Source: Octopus sinensis (lineage: Eukaryota). From it: a stretch of DNA of 64,000 nt. The notes beneath the pieces are model-generated. The model was not told the origin of the DNA. It saw nothing but the letters and a program-made list of their open reading frames with translations, and ran no database searches. This document shows positions 54,245-64,000 of the stretch, in pieces. The position numbers and the translations under genes were made by a program. Numbering within the stretch: position 1 is the first letter of the stretch; every line of letters begins with the position of its first letter. The stretch spans positions 121,148,001 through 121,212,000 of the forward strand of contig NC_043000.1 in NCBI RefSeq assembly GCF_006345805.1, read 5' to 3'.

Positions 54245-54545
54245 TTTTTAATATTTTACTTGCTTCAGTCATTTGACTGTGGCCATGTTGGAGCACTGCC
54301 TTTAGTGGAGTAAATAGACCCCAGGTCCTATTCTTTGGAAGCATAGTATTTATTCTATCGGTCTCTTTGGCCTAACGGCTAAGTTACGGGGACGTAAACA
54401 CACCAGCATCGGTTGTCAATCGATGTTGGGGTGGGATAAATACAGACACACAAACATATACACACATACATATATATACATATATACGACGGTCTTCTTT
54501 CAGTTTCCGTCTACCAAATCCACTCACAAGGTTTTGGTCGGCCCG
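54245..54545 (-). mobile_element. SINE type B, truncated at the adjacent inverted-repeat element
   Basis: cagtcatttgactgtggccatgttggagc...ccaaatccactcacaaggttttggtcggcccga. Confidence 0.85.
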
Positions 54546-55208
54546 ATGTAACCACAAAGAAAACAATATTCTCTAGAGAAATTCAGCAAACACCAGAACA
54601 GAAGCGGGTGAGACAGATGAAAATATACAAAATATACAAAATATTGGATGTCCACTTAGCGGTCATCCCTTATTATACGCATGTATAACAATTTTTCTGA
54701 ATTTTCAGATTTTTCTATAAGCTAGGCTACTGGTTTTAAATTGCTGTTAATTAAATTAATATTCAATTTATCACCCTCATTATTTAAATTTTAAATAATT
54801 ATGTTCTCTAACCGGCAACATTAACTGCAGGGAATTATCTACTGCGGAACTGCTTCCGGGATTTGGTGCGCCAAAACTTAGACATTTGAAAATAACCCCA
54901 ATGTAATCGGTAGAACTATACACATGTCTAATTTTATGAGGACAACTCGTGTATAGTTTCTATAAATTATATTGAATTGGAACGATCGTACTGAAGAGTC
55001 CACGGACGATGATTACGTTAGTAAAATTGTTTATGGCAAAACAGCTCTACGATTAATACTGCATTTTGTATATTTTCATCTGTCTTACCCGCTTATTTTC
55101 TGGTGTTTGCTGAATTTCTCTAGAGAACATTCTTTTCTTTGTGGTTAGATCGTAGCTGATCTTCTTCTAGCATATTGTATGTCCACTTAGTGGTCATCCG
55201 TTATGATA
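54544..55208. mobile_element. Inverted/direct repeat structure with a degenerate hammerhead (Penelope pLTR-like)
   Basis: Inverted repeat 54544-54633 / 55063-55152. Direct repeat 54641-54677 / 55172-55208. cgta-CTGAAGA-GTCC-ac-GGAC-GA..tacg at 54987-55017. Confidence 0.55.
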
Positions 55209-55944
55209 TATATACATATAGAGAGATAAATAGGTAGATAAATATATTGATAGATAGATATTAATAGCAAGTAAGATAGATACATATACATGTGTGTTTG
55301 TGTGCGTATGTGTGTGTAGATATATATCTATGTGTGTGTGCGTGTGTGACCGCGCGGGCATGCCTGTGCATAATGCCACGTATTCTGTGAGTAAATATTT
55401 CTTTTCACAGGGATCAGACAATCACGAGTGTACATAGATCGATTCTCACGTCAGGTTTAGACAACGAATTTGGTGTGAAGCCATTTTTTTTTTTTACAAA
55501 ATCAGTAATTATATTTATTTAGAATAGCTCTTGTGAATCTTTCTTCTAGACACGAAATCTAATTTCATAGACGGCTGCTTGTTCACATAAGTCCCTGACG
55601 TATTCAGAATTCTATAAACTCACAGAATTTTGTACACTAAACATAAAATTATTCACTAACACTTATAGCAAATTGTACGCAAATGTTGAAATATTCCGGG
55701 ACACACACATTCACACACACGTAAATATCGAAAGGTTGAAAGAAAAAAAATGACAGAAATGAGGAGAGAGAGAGACAGAGAAGGGGGGAGAGGGAGAGAG
55801 AAAGGGAAAGAGAGAGAGAGAGAGGAGAGACCGTGAAAGAATAAAATCGAAAAACAAATGAATCTGAAAACATTAAAAGACGGAATGGACGAAGAAACGC
55901 ATGCACAATTTATATTTGAATTATAGAATTATATAAGCAAGGGA

Positions 55945-55968
55945 TACACACACACATATATATATATG

Positions 55969-56065
<97 letters not shown>

Positions 56066-56340
56066 TATATATATATATGTATGTATGTATATATATTATG
56101 TATATATATATATATATATATATGTATGCATATATATATATGTATGTATGTATATATATATATATATGTATATATATGTATGTATATATATATATATGTA
56201 TGTATATATATATGTATGTATGTATGTATGTATATATATATGTATGTATGTATATATATATGTATATATATATATGTATGTATATATATGTATATATATA
56301 TATATGTATATATATATATGTATATATATATATATGGATA
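55945..56340. repeat. (TA)n/(TATG)n array
   Basis: Direct reading. Confidence 0.95.
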
Positions 56341-57911
56341 TACACATAGACATGTTCTTGTTTATTAACGAAAATGTATATAGGTACACAATGCATGGCT
56401 ACTGAGTGTAATATTTACATAAATATCATTTCTTACATGTCTTTCTCTGTCACCTTCTATACACAGACCTATACACGTACATATGTATATGCGTATAAAT
56501 TTATTAAGACGTACACACATGCATATGTATATATGATGCCTTGCAAACAAGACATCATATATACACATTTACAGATATAAATATACACTCACACACGCAT
56601 ATATATATGTATGTGTATGTGTATTTTGTGTGTATATGTGTGTGTGTGAGATGATAAATGCTTTGTATCTACATTTACACTAACGCATGCCTGTGTGTCT
56701 ATCGTTGTGGATATACCTGTAGACGTAGTACATATAAAAAGCAACGTGCAATATGCGCACGTTTAACCTATCTCTGTCGACAATAAGCTAGGGAATAAGT
56801 TTAGATAATCTAATCTACAGAGTTCAGTCTAGCAATAAATGAACATCTAGCGTAAACGAGAACAAACGAAATACACAGATTATGGATGCTGGTAAGATGC
56901 TCGTAAGCTTTCTTACTCTCTCTCTCTATTTAATATATTGTTATGAAGACTTGTTACATGTTGCCATAAACGTATTTATCTTCGGTTCCTCATTAGGTTT
57001 AATAAATCGCCTTATTCGATATGTTGGTTTTCTCTGGAATTTAAAGTAGATGTAATGCCTGCATTACACTTAATTATAAATATAATTTCTCTTCAGTCCT
57101 GCAATGAATTATTGTCCAGGATGAAATGGCTCATATTTTACCGTACGTATATATAGGTGTTTGTGAGAGAGAGAGAAAGACAGACTGAGACACAGCAAGA
57201 GAGGAGAGAGAGAGAAAAAGAAAGAGACAGATATGAAGATCGAGAAAGAGAAACTGGGAGAGGGAAATGGAGGTTGATAGAGAAGTGAAGTGGAATTAGA
57301 GAGATATTAGCTAAAAGAGTAAGTGTGTGTGGGAGAGAGAATGAGACAGAACGAGACGGGAAGAAGACAAATTCTTGAGAAATGAAGATTGCACTGAATA
57401 TTATAATATATATTATATCTGAATTGAAATAGGTCACTAATGACCGGAGCATCATTAATCATAGGAATGACCAACATATACCAAAAGAGAAACCCTTATG
57501 TTGTAACCTGCTTACTGATGAGCAATGCAATTACGTTATCATCAAATTAGTTATGACCCGTAAGCGCCGATGATCTTTCATGAGCACCTGACATACTTAA
57601 CCTTGTACGTAACTCTACAGCCTAAATATGGTTTTCTTATGATATACAGAAATATCTCTCACTCATCATTTAATACATCACTGACATGCGTTAGTAAGAG
57701 ACAGCATGAAATTGAACAGTAAGACTCCTCATCGATGTGGTGCTTCTCACGTGCAATGATCAGCGTGCTGGTGAGAGGGAGCGCTGTCGCCTGCAACGGT
57801 TTCTGGCTCCGGTGTTGCAGTGGAAATACCTACAGAGCTACTTCACCATCTGATGAGACATTAGTTTCTGGTATCAGAGGTAGGGATCAACAGCACTTTC
57901 AACATGCTTAA

Positions 57912-58238
57912 CAGCGGCTGTGTAGTAAGTAGCTTGCTTACCAAACTCATGGTTCCGGGTTCAGTCCCATTGCGTGGAACTTTGGGCAAGTGTCTTCTAC
58001 TATAGCCTCGGACCGACCAAAGCCTTGTGAGTGGATTTGGTATACAGAAACTGACAGAAGCCCGTCGTATATATATATACATGTATTTGTGTGTGTTTGT
58101 TCCCCCCAACATCGCTTGACAACCGATGCTGGTTCTACTTAGAAGGTATAAGTCTTAATGTCGATTTGCTCGACGAAAGGCGGTGCTCCAGCATGGCCAC
58201 AGTCAAATGACTGAAACAAGTAAAAGAGTAAAAAGAAT
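57912..58238 (+). mobile_element. SINE type B with an internal deletion
   Basis: gcggctgtgtagtaagtagcttgcttacc..gggcaagtgtcttctactatagcctcgg..aaacaagtaaaagagtaaaa. Confidence 0.85.
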
Positions 58239-58459
58239 AATGAGTAAATCACTTAATAACTCAAATAATTTGAACTTACCCATCTGAAATATTTACCGAC
58301 GAGCATCTCTGCCCGGTGAAGAGTGGCTATAAGAAGAATCCAGGTGAGCAGATTTGGAGATAATGATGTAAATAAACAAATAAAACTATTTGCCTTAGAT
58401 ACACAGAATATACATACACGCAGACTTGTAAACAAAGAGAGAGCAACAACTGGTAGGTA

Positions 58460-58606
58460 TTTATATATTAACAAGAAAACAGAATACAAAAGAACAGAAA
58501 ATTAAAGGATAGAAAGCATCGTGTAACAAGAACGACAGCTGCGTGAAAGGAGAGAGTTTAACGTTTCGAGCAAAACTCTTCGTCAAGAAGAACAAAAAAT
58601 CGCTAA
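58460..58606 (-). mobile_element. Penelope/retrozyme-like repeat (H1-related) with a hammerhead-like motif
   Basis: Minus strand reads CUUGACGA-A-GAGU-UUU-GCUC-GAAA-CG-UU-AAAC. Confidence 0.5.
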
Positions 58607-58680
58607 TATATATTTTTATATACTTGAATATACATATATATATATGCATGCATTTACATATGTAAGTGTATATTTCCATG

Positions 58681-58734
<54 letters not shown>

Positions 58735-59142
58735 GTGTGTGTGTGGTGTGTGTGTGGTGTGTATGTGTCTTTCTGTGTGTTTGTATGTATACAAACTGAA
58801 TTATCTAAAGAAGCATGCACGCATTATCATAATTTTGGTTATTCAAAATATTTTTGACATAGCCTTAACGTCTTTATGTATGGATGTTGAATTAAAAAAA
58901 AAGATTTTCTATTAAAATTATTCTCTTTATATATATTGCCAATATCAAAAAAGTAAAAAATTGTTTGTCTGGTTGTAAGAACCACTCCTAGTTAATTAGA
59001 AATTCAGTCGTGTTTTCAATATATCGAAATAACATCTAGTATACTAGCGTAGCAAATACACAATAACACGCACAATTATATATATATATGACTTGTGTCC
59101 ACATGTATGCACTATGTATGTATTTGTGTACATGTGTGAGTT

Positions 59143-59183
<41 letters not shown>

Positions 59184-59291
59184 TTATATATAGCTATATG
59201 CATACATACACTTACACAAATAAATACATAGATACATATACACACATACCTACATATATGTATATCTGGATATATATATAGATATATCGAA

Positions 59292-59528
59292 GTACCTATT
59301 TCTTTACTACCGACAAGAGGCTAAACACAGAGGAGACAGAAAAGGACAGGCAAACGGATTAAGTCGATTATATCGACCCCAGTGCGTAACTGGTACATAA
59401 TTTATCCACCCTGAAAGGATGAAAAGCAAAGTCCACCTCGGCGGAATTTGAACTCGGAACGTAACGGCAGACGAAATACGGCTACGCATTTCGCCCGGCA
59501 TGCTCACGTTTCTGCCAGCTCGCTGCTC
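59292..59528 (-). mobile_element. SINE type A monomer
   Basis: acctatttctttactacc...cgtttctgccagctcgctgc. Confidence 0.85.
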
Positions 59529-60017
59529 TTATACAGGTATATATTGATGAAGGAAACGCCATGTATCGTACATTTAACCGTCACGTGATTTTTTCATAAG
59601 TACAGAATGTTGTGAATAATTATTATATTTATCACAGTCAAATACTCTAAAACATGGGAATATATTTACCTAAATTACTAAATTGCTGTTAGAGGTGCAT
59701 GAATATATTATATTTCTTCTGTGATTACAGGAGAAAGATCGAAAGTGGTTTGTCTCTCTTTAGTGAATGTAGAATTAACGTAACTTTCTTTTACTCCCAC
59801 TTTGAATTTTTCACCTCGCTTCTGAGGCTAAATGTGAAAAAAATATATATTAAATTCATAACATCTCATCACTCTTGAACCGTATCTTCACTGAAAATTA
59901 TATAGACAGATAGATAAATAGATAAATACATGGATAGATAATTAGATACCTATACATACATATAATGCACACACACACACACTCACACACACAAATATGT
60001 ATAGTACGTATATATAT

Positions 60018-60483
60018 ATTTCTTTACTACCCACAAGGGGCTAAACACAGAGGGGACAAACAAGGACAGACAAAGGGATTAAGTCGATTACATCGACCCC
60101 AGTGCGTAACTGGTACTTAATTTATCGAGGCGGCGAGCTGGCAGAAACGTTAGCATGCCGGGCGAAATGCGTAGCCGGATTTCGTCTGCCGTTACGTTCT
60201 GAGTTCAAATTCCGCCGAGGTCGACTTTGCCTTTCGTCCTTTCGGGGTCGATTAAATAAGTACCAGTTACGCACTGGGGTCGATATAATCGACATTAATC
60301 CGTCTGTCCTCTCTGTGTTTAGCCCCTTGTGGGTAGTAAAGAAATAGGTACTTAATTTATCGACCCCGAAAGGATGAAAGGCAAAGTCGACCTCGGCGGA
60401 ATTTGAACTCAGAACGTAATGACATACGAAATACGGCTACGCATTTCGCCCGGCGCGCTAAGGTTTCTGCCAGCTCACCGCCT
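60018..60483. mobile_element. SINE A (+, 60129-60346) inserted inside SINE A (-) with a 17-bp TSD
   Basis: ggtacttaatttatcga at 60112-60128 and 60347-60363. Confidence 0.9.
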
Positions 60484-61064
60484 TATATATATATACGTAC
60501 GTAATTATACATGCACATGTATAATGTATTGTATTTTTTATTTAGAATTTGAACATACTATTGTACAAAAGTCATGATCATGTATTTCCGCAGAAATTTC
60601 GCATTTGCAAATTAGATTATTCACCTCTCTTCCACCCCTGATTCTGTTTGTTTACGGTTCAACTCTCGTCACGCTTGACCTTACGCTTTATCTCTCTGCA
60701 CCAATAATATACTTAAGTCAATATAATTAAAAACAACGTTTCCATAAACATGTTGGCTAATTGCCAAACTTAGAAAATTAATTTTTCGGACTTCGTAAAT
60801 CAATCAACGTTTAGGAACTCTGGAGCAGACGACTAATTAGATTTTGCTCATCAGTAATGGCATGCCTTGTGTTTATATTTAATATTCCGTCCCTATATAT
60901 TTGATCTATAAATAATAGTTACATGGTTGTTTCAACTCACTGGATACTAGTGCCGAGGCTGTGGGTGGGGTAACAAGCTTGTTTTACAACCACATCGATT
61001 CGGGTTCACTTCTACTGCGTGGCACCTTGGATTTGGTAGACGGAAACTGAAAGAAAGAAGCCTG

Positions 61065-61066
61065 TC

Positions 61067-61127
<61 letters not shown>

Positions 61128-61185
61128 ATCTATCTATCTATATCTATCTATCTATATCTATCTATCTATCTATATCTATCTATCT

Positions 61186-61218
<33 letters not shown>

Positions 61219-61248
61219 ATCTATCTATCTATCTCTATATTTATATAT

Positions 61249-61315
<67 letters not shown>

Positions 61316-61321
61316 AATATA

Positions 61322-61354
<33 letters not shown>

Positions 61355-61384
61355 ATATGTATATACATATATATATATATATAT

Positions 61385-61415
<31 letters not shown>
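61065..61415. repeat. (TCTA)n then (TA)n array
   Basis: Direct reading. Confidence 0.95.
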
Positions 61416-61416
<1 letters not shown>

Positions 61417-62095
61417 AGTATGGGGATTTAGTTCAAAGCTAATCTAAAAGATTTGGTGCGCTAGGTAAGTGTTGTAACGAATTCTTAGTCCTCCAAGTTT
61501 ATAGCCAAGACAATAGTTATGGACCCATTGCAGATTTCCAATGCGGCGGAAATGTATTTGTTAAAGAGGAAAACAAGCATCAAGGCAAGGCAAACATCTC
61601 AAGTCATATACAATATTATTATTGGGAAAAAAATCAGTCTTACAGCTGTTTCTGAAATTTCATCTTATGAATATATACCTTTCTCATTTTCCCTATTTTT
61701 CCCTATTTGTCTCTGATGACAGAATTTCCCATATTCGGGGATATCACAGAAACAGATCAATTTATGTAGAAGTCAATACTTAAATTTGTGCAACACTCTC
61801 GGTTGCTTTTATATATCCTTATTTTGATGATGGTATTTTTGGAAAATTTAGTAATAACACGTGACCCTTCTCTTCTTTCTCTAAAAACGACAGTAAGTTA
61901 TTATATACATATGACGCGATATATAGGTGTACGCGCTTTTGTTTCCAGGAATTTTGTAGCCGTATTAATGTTGGGATCTAGAATCCAGGTATAAAAAAAC
62001 AAATAGTTTAACAGGTAAATACAATTGAAAAGCTGGCAACGTATGATCACTGTAGACAGTAAAGTACAGATATTTCTGCCTCAAATTTATCTAGT

Positions 62096-62517
62096 GGATC
62101 TTTTTTGTTTGAACGGCAGTTTTTTCTAGCAGTGTCATATGAAATTGTCACCCATAATTATGACCCTAGTATCGATCTATTGCATTTCACTCTGTTTTAG
62201 GGTTAGGGTTAGGGTTATGGGTGGAGGGAAAGGTATCTTTTTTTTCTTCACAAATGTAAATAAACCCAATCTGTTTTCTAAGCGAGGGACATATTCATAC
62301 GGCACAGAATGTTATTTACCTCAATGGACGTCATTGATTGGGTGAAATTGCAGAAATGGAAGAAAAAACAACACATATCTTACAAACAATAGAATTTTCT
62401 CAATAAAGCCAAGAGAAAAAGATGTTTTATAAACACATTCTACCAGTATACGAAGTTCAACATTTTTTAGTTACCTAGAAATTATGTTAAAAACTGCCGT
62501 TCAAACCGAAAAGATCC
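62096..62517 (+). mobile_element. MITE of the same family as 49023, with (TTAGGG)3
   Basis: TIRs ggatcttttttgtttgaacggcagttttt / aaaaactgccgttcaaaccgaaaagatcc. ttagggttagggttaggg at 62197-62214. Confidence 0.85.
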
Positions 62518-63121
62518 CATTTAGAGCGTGAGGCCGTAGTTTATCTTCAGTATTCCAACTGTAACGTTAAGATTCCATTGCCACAACTATCCTCTTATCA
62601 ACATTCGGATTTCATGGTTTAAATTCAGACGCGTAGAAGCGTAATTAAGATCAAAATCTTACAAAGTTGTTTGGTTTAAAGTTTCCACTTGGACAGTCTG
62701 TAAGTTTTATTATTGTCATTATTTTCTTGACCAGTCTCCTGAACTCGTCCATCTTAAGCGAAATCGTTATTTGTATTGAATGAATACATTACGACTGAGT
62801 TTGCATGCCTGTCACATTGTGACTGGCTGCCGTCTAACACACCACTGATTCAGTTATCAGAGTTACTGGAGATCAGTAAATATCTTCCCACTTCACTGAA
62901 TAGTAATCGATTAGAGGCAAAAGAAGACGGTTTATTTCTCTTCATATTTACTACATTACTGCTAGCTATGATGCTTAAATTATATACGAGCGTATGTGTT
63001 GGTTGTGTTTATGTTTTTAAAATTATCTCCAGCAGAGAGGCATTTCCCAAAGTCGAAACAAAGCTCTTTCATTCAAAGTTAGGACACATCGGTTGCTGTA
63101 ACCATGTATATATGTATATAG

Positions 63122-63525
63122 GGCGGCGAGCTGGCAGAACGTTAGCACGCTGGGCGAAATGCGTAGCCGTATTTCATCTGCCGTTACGTTCAAATTCCGC
63201 TGAGGTCGACTTTGCCTTTCATCCTTTCGGGGTCGATTAAATAAGTACCAGTTACGCGCCGTGGTCGATATAATCGACTTAATCCGTGTGTCTGTCCTTG
63301 TTTGTCCCCTCTGTGTTTAGCCCCTTGTGGGTACTAAAGAAATAGGTATTTCGTCTGTCGTTACGTTCTGAGTTCAAATTCCGCCGAGGTCGACTTTGCC
63401 TTTCATCCTTTCGGGGTCGATAAATAAGTACCAGTTACGCGCTGGGTCGATATAATCAGCTTAATCCGTGTGTATGTCCTTGTTTGTCCCCACTATGTTT
63501 AGCCCCTTGTGGGTAGTAAAAAAAA
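63122..63525 (+). mobile_element. SINE type A, dimer
   Basis: Full head, with the second unit joined at gaaata|ggtatttcgtctg. Confidence 0.9.
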
Positions 63526-63859
63526 TGCATATATGTATGTATTTGCATATGTATATATATATATGTTCCTACTTATACCATTGCATACGTGAGTATGTAA
63601 TATTTTAGGTATGTATATATGCATACACAAATGTGTGTGTGCGTTCAGACAGTTGTATTTTACATATTTTTATTCTATTAACGACTTATAGTTGTAATTA
63701 TTATATTACCTGTCTGCTTTCGGTTTTAAAAAACTATAGCTTAAGAGATTTATTGTGTTAATTTATAATCAGGTGTATTTCCATATGTATTTGCATATGT
63801 ATATATATATGTATATATGTATACATATATTATATATATATATATATTATATATAATAT

Positions 63860-63905
<46 letters not shown>

Positions 63906-64000
63906 ATGTATATATATATATGTATTTGCATATGCATTTATATCTTCCTACATATACCATTGCATATGTAATATTTTAGATATGTATATATGCATATACA

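Noticed and set aside
57510-57566. gcttaCTGATGAgc...gtaagc as a hammerhead
   Set aside because: Stem I-like pairing exists, but there is no GAAA and no convincing stem II or III
62197-62214. Relic of a telomere fusion or healing site
   Set aside because: The TTAGGG tract is an internal part of a MITE present twice in the window
62776-63240. 154-aa ORF
   Set aside because: TTG start, no domain, and its 3' quarter is SINE A sequence

Overview
This window is AT-rich, repeat-saturated metazoan DNA with no confidently identifiable host gene. It is most likely intronic or intergenic DNA of a coleoid cephalopod (Octopus-like), inferred from the repeat landscape, not proven. It holds huge (TA)n/(TATG)n/(TCTA)n/(GA)n/(TAA)n arrays, which generate most of the listed ORFs. 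It also holds about 30 copies of four tRNA-headed SINE types (A-D here), 3' remnants of Hero-, Dong/R4- and RTE-clade LINEs, and mariner, maT-like (DD37D) and probable hAT and Gypsy remnants. Two non-autonomous Helitrons, a TTAGGG-carrying MITE family and several fold-back elements are also present. The most notable signals are: (1) dispersed minimal hammerhead-ribozyme-like motifs of several Penelope/retrozyme-like families, often in inverted arrangements; (2) locally templated filler insertions copied from DNA 1-2.5 kb away; (3) a SINE that multimerises at fixed internal junctions and has inserted into itself; (4) a SINE/LINE pair sharing a 3' tail. Coordinates were read by eye and may be off by a few bases. 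Family names come from motif recognition, not database searches.
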